Shown here piece after piece: positions 36,301 through 47,184 of a stretch of DNA of 64,000 nt; position 1 is the first letter of the stretch, and every line of letters begins with the position of its first letter. Source of the DNA: Macrostomum hystrix. Lineage: Eukaryota; Animalia; Platyhelminthes. A program made the translations under genes and the position numbers. Location: positions 372,001 through 436,000 of the forward strand of contig CATNEN010000031.1 of NCBI GenBank assembly GCA_950097015.1, in the 5' to 3' direction. A model generated the notes under the pieces. The model searched no databases and had not been told where the DNA came from. It saw only the letters and a program-made list of their open reading frames with translations.

Positions 36301-39300
36301 TCAATGGTTCTGGCCGAAGGTCAGATTTTTTCCATCAGTGCTAATGTATTTCAATGTAATGTAATGTAATGTAGTGCTAATGTAATTTATTACACCCCGA
36401 TACACAAATTAGCACTGCGCCTCAGTGTGGCGTTGCCAGGCCTTCAAAAATTTATCCGCATGTCACCCGAATGTGCCTGCATCATCTCCGACTTCGGTGG
36501 TGACTTACTTTTATCTAGACGGACTGCTGGACCTTCAAGGGCTACAACAGGTGGAAATAGGCCATTATGGACACCCTGACGCGAATTTCTCCAATTTCAC
36601 TGACCAAGCCGAAATTAGGCGCAGCTCAACCACAGTACACCATCGTCTAGTCTGTCAACCAATCAGTCACCACCCAACGCTGTTAGCATTCAGGCGCTGC
36701 CAAAGAAACTTCAACAGGGGGATTACAGTCCCCCCCTTGGTATAAAAACGGGCGTCAAAATGGCTTGGTAGTCCTACTGTTAAACTGAGCAAATGAATAG
36801 AACAACCTCCCATAGATCACATACTAAAATATTGAGCAGCTGTCTCACATGCCTTCACTACGGCGTTCTTCTACTCTAGTATTCATTAAATCCAAGACCC
36901 AAAATTAACTTCACGAGATGGTTATCTAGTGTTGCTTGCCTGGCTGCTAGGAGTCAAAAGACGATCCGCTGAGTCCCCGACACTGCTGGCCAGCTTGCAG
37001 AAGTGTACAGGCTTTGGGTAAGCCGCTTCAGTTACAAACGTGAACCGGAGCTTTGTTCCCTCTGCCAGAAAGTGACGCGACCCAATCTGAACCGCGTTGT
37101 GCTGTTCGATGCTGACGTTCCTTGGCACCTGAACTGTAAATATCGGAACGGTATTTTTCCTATAGTTTGTTGCTGGGACAGGAATTTGGTACGATGATGA
37201 TTTTAAGATAGTTTTTTGAAAGTTATATTAAGAGGATGTTCATAGAAACGAGCTTGAAAAATTAGCCCCGCGACGAGGAGATCATCAAAGCATTAGGCAA
37301 TAGGACATTGCGCATTAACTCACTGATATGTCCGATAGGTTCAGTCAGTGATACTTTAGGTCCATCGGGACAATTAAAGCTGCACGTGAAGTTACCGCCT
37401 TGCATGTCTGAATTGACCGGGAGCGTCGCAACTAAAGACCTAGGATTCCCATCCTGAAGAAGTTAGTGAGATTTTATTAGTCGCTTTATCATTAGTTTGA
37501 GCTGTGTTCGTGAAGCAGTACTCATATGATCTGATATGCCAACATTTATATTCTAACGGCGAGAAGCGCAATATCTAGGCATTCAGACGTCCTTTTACAA
37601 ATAGGTATCCTCAAAAACTTTTTAGAAGTTAGAATTGATTATATTATTGCTATGACAGGCGTAAGATAAGCTTGGAAACTTAGCAGTTGGTTGTTGGTTT
37701 CTCTCTGCACTGAAGAGAGTCTAGAACAGGGGTAGGCAAACTTATTTGCTGCCGGGCCAAAGAGAGAACCTAAAAGACGACAGCGGGCCGCATTGACTGT
37801 ATAAATATGAGATTGGGGAGAGATGAGACACGGGAGAGATGAGACACGGGAGAGATGAGACACGGGAGAGATGAGACACGGGAGAGATGAGACACGGGAG
37901 AGATGAGACACGGGAGAAGATGAGACACGGGAGAGATTAGACACGGGAGAGATTAGACACGGGAGAGATGAGACACGAGAGCGATGAGACACGGGTGAGA
38001 TTAGACAGGGGAGAGATTAGACACGGGAGAGATGAGACACAGGAGAGATTAGACACGGGAGAGATTAGACACGAGAGCGATGAGACACAGGAGAGATTAG
38101 ACACGGGAGAGATAAGACAGGGGAGAGATTAGACACGGGAGAGATTAGACACGAGAGAGATGAAACAGGACACTGTAGATGTCAGAAGGGGCAACGGGCC
38201 GGATTTGGGAGCTTCGAGGGCCGCATCTGGCCCGCGGGCCGGAGTTTGCCGACCCCTGGTCTAGAAGTTTGCGTTTTTGCCGTCTTATTTTTTTGTTCTT
38301 GCGATTTTTTTATCACCCCTCCCATCAGCTAACACAATCGACAATAAGAGCAGCGGCTAAAAGTGGGGATCGTCAGTCAGTCAGAGCCGTCGTCAGTCGT
38401 CAGTCTCAGTCAGTCAGCCGGCTCCTCATCTAGCCAGCTGACTGGAACTTTTTCTAGTCCGTATGTGAGGAAATTTTTTTTACAGAAATCACTATAGCCG
38501 GGACCATAAATTATGTATGACCGAGCAACTCATCGAGACACAGAAACTGTGACATAAAGTATGTTACATTTTACGCTAGGCATTTCGGTTGTTGTCTTTT
38601 GAAGTATAAAATAAGCAACGTATTAGCAACGGATTGATGAGCTCACCACTTGGACAATCGTGCTTCCACTCCGCGATTCAATGCGACAAGTAGCATTATT
38701 AACAAACTGGAGCAGGCATGGAGGGTAGAGATTGATGGCAATATTTTGACCGTCTGTGAGAACACTCAGACGGTTCATTTTGCAGGCGCAACTTCCTGTA
38801 TTGGATGGCCGGCATGAAAAATCCAGAACTGCCTCGGATACTGAAATTAAGCACAAGAAAAAGTCACACCGCGTCGCAAAAACCATTCAATAAAAGTCAT
38901 GGCTCATGCCTTTTTCGATTTCCAGAGACTTAAAGTTCATGCGGGCGAATCTTCTCAGCAAAATATAGTCGGTAATCTGTAACGAATAGCAATCCAGGTA
39001 AAGTAACGAGCTATAATTTGCTATTCGTTGATGAAGACACTCGTAAGAACTTACCTCTGTGCAGCTGGGGGCTCTGCAAGTCACAGTCATGCGTGACTGG
39101 CTTCCCTCCATCCTCGTGGCCCCGCACCGAGTTAAAAGGCTCACATCGCTGTCGATTGATGCATAGCAACTTCTTTCAGGAGTCAGACCGGGCGGTTGTC
39201 TGTCACTTAAGAAAATCTCGATGTTTTCTGCCTGGTTGAGAGCTAAAACAAATTTCATTTAAACCTTCTGTTAGCTAAACTGTCAGTTCAGTAAATTCAT

Positions 39301-39797
39301 CTTGTGCTTCGAATATGTGCAAGGTCGTAGCTCGTACCAAGATTTTACCCCAATGAAATTATATAATAAAATAATGAAGGTAATACACAATGCTTTACCT
39401 GTAGATTAACACTTACCATTGTCATTAGCAACAACAGTTACAGACCGCACCCGTATGGGTCGTGTAAGCTCTATTAGCAGCCAGTGATAGCCGAACTTAT
39501 CAGGCAAATCGGAGTAGAAATAATTCCACAAATCAATTCTTTTCACAGAATCTCTAAAGCAATCTTCGTTATTCGAAGACTGCCAGGAGTTTGCGATCAC
39601 ACCATGCTTGACCTTGAATGTGACACTGGCATTCACACACTGCGACCCTGTAGCGTCTGCAAAGTAACGAATCAGGTATGTCACGTACATAGGCTCCGGA
39701 TATCAACGCTGAAAAGCACAACTAGAGGCTCACCGCATCCTACGGAGCAAAAAGCCACGCACACGGCGCAAAGCGCACAGAGCAGAGCCGTGAACAT
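33367..39797 (-). CDS. Receptor paralog C: signal peptide + F-type-lectin/discoidin-like domain + four Ig-like domains + TM + Tyr tail, ~707 aa. Exons 39797-39734, 39656-39417, 39242-39055, 38976-38910, 38840-38647, 37453-37324, 37133-36940, 35739-35577, 35482-35319, 35023-34891, 34396-34266, 34197-34035, 33830-33628, 33532-33500, 33423-33367
   Basis: Fifteen phase-consistent exons (2124 nt, no stops). Signal MFTALLCALCAVCVAFCSVGC; TM LFSVLIVAVVVTLAITAIASVAM; tail AIDPN|TVYNDEYIDPN|SVYDDEEPKILPDRVNCK*. Two donors are GC. Domain names come from motif pattern only. Confidence 0.78.
34553..34701 (-). mobile_element. SINE family A in an intron of paralog C
   Basis: Minus strand reads gggagttgtagcttagtggttagagcgttggactcacgactcgaagatcgcgggttcgattcc...aagacacttaactc...ttcacccag...gggtaccag. 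Confidence 0.85.
36174..36490 (+). repeat. ~300-bp dispersed repeat, copy 1
   Basis: Aligns by eye with 46634-46910 (gcaagcacacgaaactcaaga.cacgggccaactttttgttgcgcatcttctga; cctcagtgtgg..ttgccaggccttcaaaa). Confidence 0.85.
37727..38258. mobile_element. hAT-superfamily MITE (532 bp) with an internal 16-bp GAGATGAGACACGGGA array
   Basis: TIRs CAGGGGTAGGCAAAC / GTTTGCCGACCCCTG; perfect 8-bp TSD GTCTAGAA at 37719-37726 and 38259-38266. Confidence 0.93.
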
Positions 39798-41249
39798 TAA
39801 CGTTGGATAAGAGCACGTAATTGATCAGCTGAATTGTACCGGTATCAGTACCGAGCCAGCAATGCGCAGGCTGGAGTATCACTAAGGCGCAATTGCTAGA
39901 ACAGCTTCTCAATTTATAGCACACAAATTCAAGGTGTTGTTATTTTATTGGCCCAACCAACTAAACTACTTTTATAGTTCAAACTAGGTCAACATTGGTG
40001 ATCCTGCTGGTCTAGGCATGTTTCCATCTTCGATATCTTAGCTGATTGGATAAAATTCACGTTTCTGGGTTTAGCTTGCAAAACGTATAGTTGTAAGTAA
40101 AGGTAATGATAAGAAATAGCGTCAAACATTTTCGAAATAGGCTTTTTACTTGTTCAGATGTGGTCGGTCTATTAGAAGCCAGTGAATTACGAATTGACAG
40201 GGTGTACAGGAATGCGGAAACGAAATTAAACTCGATGTAGAAAGAAATTTAAGAAGAAATAAGCGGAGTTTAAATTATCGATCGATTTAGCAGGAAAATT
40301 TAATATGACTCACGTGACTTCGAGAGCCTAAAGATAAGCCACACAATTTCAATCGACAAAAATGTAAAACTTCGTCAGGAAATTGATTGATGACTCATCG
40401 TTCAATCTCTCAGGGCATGAAAGCGTTTAAATATATATAAACAGGAAAAGTGCTTTAGACAAGGCGACTTTCGCAAAATTCATGAGACCAACATTGTTCA
40501 GAAAGCTATGCATTGTTGGAATTAGCATATGAAAAAATGTCTTTTGATTGTCTCAAAATCCATACACAAACTTGTATGCCAGCGAAGAAAATAGTTTGTA
40601 AAATTTGAAGTACCTGAAGATTAAATTAATTGTTTATTGTTTAAAGCTGCTTTAGTTCTAATCTGGATTAGATTTTAGCTCGTATTTTCATCGCATAAAT
40701 TAACCAGCGTTCCTTTTTACGAAGTTATATCGTGCACACGCAACCGAATGCTGTACGAGCATTAGTTTGAAATTCGAATAGTTTAAATAGTGTAAAACAT
40801 ATCGGGTTTTCATTATACAAAACAACTTAAAATGAAGAAGACGAAGAATCTACTTCAGTGTACGAGTCGTAAGATTATTCGGTAGAAACAAAAATTGTTA
40901 ACAGTTACGAGCGTGTTGTGTTAATTTGCGTGACAACTTTAATCTTTAATATAACAAGTTGGCTCGCTTCGCAAAATCGCTTCGGGGTGCAAAACAAGGA
41001 ATAATGTAAAATATAGGTATAGGAAGAATTCGGTAAATGTTTTGTAACTGAATTTGTAACTAAAACCCACTGGTTTATTCTTATCCTGTAGCTTTTTGCG
41101 CCGACAGAAACCCGAAATCTTTGATCGCCTCGAGCGGTGGAGCGGCCATAGCGGCAAGTCAGCTCGAGCTGTAAAGACGACGAGCTGTATCACTCAGTCC
41201 AGCTTTTTGAAAAATGTCGCATGGCGCTGGTTTTTGCAGATTTTATGGA

Positions 41250-42130
41250 TCCTTGAGCTGTGACATTGCTCGCTGACACTGCTCACTTAAATATAAGGCT
41301 AGCCCATAGAAGCAAGTTACCGAAATGCAACAATCCGACTAGTTCGTGGTCACTGCCACCTACCAGAGCGCTGCTAACTGTTTCACGGTCGGTCGTCAGA
41401 ACCAACAGCCACAGGGCCTGCAAAGCTCTGGTGGCTCGGGCCGCTCAGCTGCTCCATATGATCAATGATAGCTGGTCCATTGAACGCCAGAATTGATGAC
41501 CGCTTTTAACGATGCCAAGCAAGCGTTTGCCGGTGCTGCCATGTTGACGCATCGGCTATTCGACTTGCCAATTAGCCTGATGCTCTTTGACATCGTCATC
41601 GGCGTCATCAATGGCTTGGAAGCCTCTAGCTTTTATCAGCCGACAACCTCGCCCATTTCGCCCGTTCAGCCGACAACCTCGCAACATAGTTGTCCCCAGC
41701 GAGTGTTTCAGCAACGTCCGCATCGGTCTGTTAGGCCCCTGCCGATTTAAGTACAGCCGCTTAAATCCCACACTGGGCTGCCATTAGTGCCGGTGGAATC
41801 CGCAAGCTAGGCTCCCCTGCCACCTGCCGGAATCAATGGCAGAGCTTGTGTCATTGTGATAATAATGACCAGTTCTTGGCGCAGTTGCTCAAATCGCAGC
41901 CGTACATCCCGCTGCCCGCTGCCCTCAACTCCTGTACGCCAGCGTTTTTCAATCGAATGGAAGCCGACACCACTATGATTCTCCGTTTAGAGTGTTTCAG
42001 AGACTTTCATTCTGAACCCGTCGTGAACGTGAGTGGCGACTGCCTAAAATCAGTGATACTGATTCTGCCAACGTTTTCCTGTGCGGTTGAACCAACGCCG
42101 GCTTGCCATCCAACCTAGTAGCTACTGGAG
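41250..42130 (+). pseudogene. Degenerate Ty3/Gypsy pol remnant (RT connection / RNase H / integrase N-terminus)
   Basis: Broken frames contain AFNDAKQAFAGAAMLTH and WKPLAFISRQ, matching the RT-RNase H region; many stops and frameshifts; no LTRs recognised. Confidence 0.6.
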
Positions 42131-42856
42131 CAACCAACCTTTTTCAGGGCCGTTGCTAACCATTTTGGCAGTAAAGGTAACCATACGTGTCGGCTCGATG
42201 CTGCGGAGCTGTGATGGCGATAAGCATCTGCAATATTTTGTCTATGGCTGCAACCAAGCCCCATTTATGCCCGAACTTCTTGCATTAAACAGAAACAGCA
42301 CGCTCGCACTTTCTCTGTTTAATAAGCCAGCGCATTGTGCTGTTGCTTGGCCTATAGGCAAGGGCGTGCTTTTCTAAAGAAAAAATTATCATACGACTCG
42401 TATTTACAAAAAATTGCAGTGTTCAGATATTAAATTTATGGAAAAAGTTCCGATTCAAGTATTGGTCTCAAATCTCCAACACCATATTGTATATGGTATG
42501 CATAAATGATTTTTGTGTTTGCAGCGTTAGTGAGACATAATCAAGTCATGCATCTTTTTCGAAGGCAAAAACGTATCAAAAGTTCTTAAACCTTAAAAAT
42601 GTTGCTAGCAGTCAACGTTGCAGTTAAATTGATTACGAGTACATTAAAACTTGAGTAGTTCGTACTTCTGAGTTCGAAAGTCCTCGCTCTATTCATACGG
42701 TGTAATGAGTAGATACCTAAAAATTAGCATATCGCTTAATAATTTCCGCGGAACATCAATTAAAAAGTGTGCGAATTGATAGGGTATTGACAACGACGCC
42801 AGTTTAAGTGAAAGCAACAGATTTTAGTACCGCTTTCTAAAGCTCTTCAGTGTCTT

Positions 42857-45742
42857 TCAGTGTCTTCGAATGTCTTCGAGGTGGAGTTCGTACTCATTCT
42901 CGTCGAAAGTCTAAAAAGAAATTCCGTGAAATAGTTATACCAGTTTTATAAGAGATGACCGAGTCTGGCAAAGAAAACTGCGCGTGTAAGATGCATACGT
43001 TAGGATTTATCTTAGAAGAAGCCCCAGAAGGATTGCTCAGAGTTTGCTTCATTCCAGAGGCATTTTTTACGCAGAACGCCACGCAGATGACGCCGAAGAG
43101 GGCCAGCGACAGCGCACCGGCCAGGGCGAGAACTGTTGCGCGCATCTTTCCAACAAAAGTTCCTGGCGTCTCTGGTTCTTCCCATCCTCGGAAAACAGAG
43201 AAGGCAACCCTTGCAGTATTGCATTAAATCTCGCATTCTCCATGAAACATTCATCAATGAGTGAATAAGTACAAATAACCCACTCACTAAAGCACTCACT
43301 TATGAATCCAATGCGCTCGGTTACATTCACAGAGCGGCCATTGACACATTGAAGAGTACAGGTCAAGAAGCCACCTTGGATGCCAGGGCTGACCGAGAAC
43401 CGAGTAACCAATGACTCTGAACTATTTTCCTGTTGAATATTATATGACTAGACCAATTTCATGATTAGTAAGAGATAGAGAGAGGAAGAGATGCTTATGA
43501 AGTAACAATGGCTAGCTGCATATGTGCCCCATGAGGATGAGAGTGGAATTTATCGAATGTACGATTACAATGTGCTATAGACTAGTAATTAGGAGCTACA
43601 GGTCGTATATTTCTACATACCGTTGAAATGTTTCTCGTAGTTCCACTCGGTGATTTGATGCGACAGCTGGCCTTACGGAACTGGTGTTGGCACGGAGGAC
43701 ATATTTTCAAAGCAATTTCGTCGTGCATTTTAAGAAAATTCAGGCCAGGAAGCCTACAATTGCGAATGCCTTGAACAGTGGGCAGGCAATTGAAAACCAA
43801 AGCCGGCTGCAATGCTGAAACAGAAACAGAGTCAAGCTAAACAGAACACATTCCAAGTGGGTGCAATGCTGAAACATATATTCAAGCTAAACAGAACACA
43901 TTCCAAGTGGATGCAATGCTGAAACATATATTCAAGCTAAACAGAACACATTCCAAGTGGGTGCAATGCTGAAACATATATTCAAGCTAAACAGAACACA
44001 TTCCAAGTGGATGCAATGCTGAAACATATATTCAAGCTAAACAGAACACATTCCAAGTGGGTGCAATGCTGAAACATATATTCAAGCTAAACAGAACACA
44101 TTCCAAGTGGGTGCAATGCTGAAACATATATTCAAGCTAAACAGAACACATTCCAAGTGGGTGCAATGCTGAAACATATATTCAAGCTAAACAGAACACA
44201 TTCCAAGTGGGTGCAATGCTGAAACATATATTCAAGCTAAACAGAACACATTCCAAGTGGGTGCAATGCTGAAACCGAAACTGAGACAAGCTAAACAGAA
44301 CACATTCCAAGTGGGTGCAATGCTGAAACCGAAACTGAGACAAGCTAAACAGAACACATTCCAAGTGGCTGCAATGCTGAAACAGAAACAGAGTCAAGCT
44401 AAACAGAACACATTCCAAGTGGGTGCAATGCTGAAACATATATTCAAGCTAAACAGAACACATTCCAAGTGGGTGCAATGCTGAAACATATATTCAAGCT
44501 AAACAGAACACATTCCAAGTGGGTGCAATGCTGAAACATATATTCAAGCTAAACAGAACACATTCCAAGTGGGTGCAATGCTGAAACATATATTCAAGCT
44601 AAACAGAACACATTCCAAGTGGGTGCAATGCTGAAACCGAAACTGAGACAAGCTAAACAGAACACATTCCAAGTGGGTGCAATGCTGAAACATATATTCA
44701 AGCTAAACAGAACACATTCCAAGTGGGTGCAATGCTGAAACATATATTCAAGCTAAACAGAACACATTCCAAGTGGGTGCAATGCTGAAACCGAAACTGA
44801 GACAAGCTAAACAGAACACATTCCAAGTGGGTGCAATGCTGAAACCGAAACTGAGACAAGCTAAACAGAACACATTCCAAGTGGGTGCAATGCTGAAACA
44901 TATATTCAAGCTAAACAGAACACATTCCAAATGGCAGTACCCTTTGTGATTTCCAAAGCCTGGAAGCTCATATATTTAGCAGTTTTACTTTTGACGTGGC
45001 TCCTCAGCAGAATGAACTCTGTTAACTGCAATGATGAATGAGGGCTTTTAGTTTTGCTCCAGTTGCTTTCTGCTTACCCATCTCAAAACTAACCCTTGTA
45101 CAGTCGAAGTATCTGCAAGTCACCACAAGGCTAGTCCGGCCTGGCTCCCTCTCAGTGACTCCGCACCGAGTGAAGGAGCCCACGTCACTTGAGAGACTTG
45201 CATAGCAACTGCCCATTACCGGTGCCAAACCCGTAGGCCGTTGGTGGCCCATAAAAATCTCTATGTTCTCAGCAATGTTGGGGTCTAAAATGAATGTTTA
45301 ATTTAAATGCACGAAAGTAGTGAATAGAGAAATGGATGAATCGTACCCTCACCAGTATTAGGAGCGTAAACAGTGACCGACAGAACACGAATGGGCTGAG
45401 TCAGCTGTAGCAGCAGCCAGTGGTAACCAAAGTCATCAGGGGTGTTTCTAGAACGAAAGAATTTCGCTGAATCCTTGTATGTGACGGTGAAACGAAAACA
45501 GCCATTTTGAAACCCTGACGATTGCCAAGAATTTGCGACATTATTCTGGGTGATGTTAAAGCTGATGCTGTGAGCTTCGTGCTCGTACGGGACCTCATTA
45601 CAAACTGGAAAAGTTTGGGATCGAAAAAATACTGTAGTGCAGAGAGAATACAAACTATTTCCAAACAAAATACCAACTCACAGACTTCAATTGGCCATAC
45701 AGCGTTCGCGCACAGCATGCATAGCAACCAGAGCTGAGGCAT
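42857..45742 (-). CDS. Receptor paralog B: signal peptide + lectin-like domain + one Ig-like domain + TM + short Tyr tail, ~395 aa. Exons 45742-45682, 45631-45347, 45284-45094, 45025-44941, 43814-43621, 43429-43300, 43186-42999, 42910-42857
   Basis: Phase-consistent (1188 nt). Exon-for-exon similarity to C (ANSWQSS...FGYHWLL; AENIEIF...SCYAS; PPC..QF..A.CRI.S.SG; QGG..TC), with identical 194- and 130-nt exons. TM VLALAGALSLALFGVICVAFCV; tail INPN|TFDENEY. Confidence 0.75.
43806..44935. repeat. 50/54-bp minisatellite (~22 units) filling an intron of paralog B
   Basis: Unit gtgcaatgctgaaacatatattcaagctaaacagaacacattccaagtgg (50 bp), plus a 54-bp variant. Confidence 0.96.
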
Positions 45743-46633
45743 GATACGAGCGTAGCTGCTGCTGAGTCAGCACAGACAGTGGCACCCGGGAACCGCGTGT
45801 AACAACTGCAGCAACAATATTTATCAGCACCTAAATCGAGAGGTGTCGTCGTATGCTTATGTTCTGTGCTGTCTAGATGCTGTCGTGCACAGCACAGTTA
45901 CCCCATTGGTTTGATGAAATTAACACTGGAGACGGCTGAGGTGGAAGGCTGCGTCCTAATCAGTCCTGAAACCCTATCATTAAAACCGAATACTGTGTTT
46001 TATTTTAGCTTGCGAAAGCGCTTTTAAATTCACCACTTAAGCTAAGAACTGTCTGCTACATATCAAGTAAAGTCCTATCAAAACATGCCACTGAAGTTCT
46101 GCGTTGTGCTTTGATCTTTTCTTGTTTGCCTAGTACCTTAAAAATTAGACATCATACATTAATGTCCATCGCTGACAGGACATGACAGAAAGCCTTGAAC
46201 TTTCAGTTCTTCCATAAACTGACAAACTGGATCGAGTTTAAGCTTGAACTAATTTAAGCTTCAACGATGCCAAAAAGAATTTTCACTCGCATGTTTCCAT
46301 CCTGTCATCATAGCAAAATTATGTTCGCCCCGCTAGTGCATGTATTCCCTTAAGTTGTGAGACGATCTTGTCATGACAAAATTTGCGTCTTTGTTTAAAA
46401 AATAAATACAAATACTGTAAGTCCAGGTTTTTTAATTCTGATTTGAAGGTGTTTTGATACGAATTTATTGTGTATGTCTTAGCAAAGAGGCAAATTTTGA
46501 AATCATTCGCGCTTTCAACCGGAGCCATCCCGCCAAGCAAGCTCAATTTAGATATTATAAGCGCCATTGAAGCAGCAACTTGAGTATTGAAGCGAGTACG
46601 AATGAACAGTAGTACCAAGGGAGAGAAATGACA

Positions 46634-46910
46634 TTTTTTGTGCTGCACACAAACAGAGCAACGCAAGCACACGAAACTCAAGAACACGGGCCAACTTTTT
46701 GTTGCGCATCTTCTGAAACAAGAATCATGTCCCTAGCTCTTCAGACCGTTGAGATATTCAATGTTTGTGGCCGAAGGTCAGATTTTTCCTATAAGTGCTG
46801 TGTATTTGATACGTACCCCTAAACTTAAATAAGCACGGCGCCTCAGTGTGGCCTTGCCAGGCCTTCAAAATTTATCCGCATATCACCCAAATATGCCTGC
46901 ATAATCTCGG
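46634..46910 (+). repeat. ~300-bp dispersed repeat, copy 2
   Basis: See 36174-36490. Confidence 0.85.
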
Positions 46911-47184
46911 TCTTAATAGTCCTACTTTTAATACGTTATACGTTAAAGGGTCATCAAAGCAAAAATTCATTTGCAATATAAGTATTACTTGCAGAACTAT
47001 GTGCAAAAATACTGTCAACATATTCGATCGAAAAGTGACTGTGAATGGGGTGAGCGATTGAAAACTTTCGACTCTGGAACGGACTTCCATAAAAATTTGA
47101 CCAGGAGTATTCGTAGTTAGCATCTCTCGGATGAACTCGAGCTCTTGGAGCTCAAAGGTATATTGCAACAGTTCTTGTCATCAT

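Noticed and set aside
39730-39924. ORF MCYKLRS... as the first exon of receptor C
   Set aside because: No ATG; a proper ATG signal-peptide exon with a phase-1 donor exists at 39797-39734.
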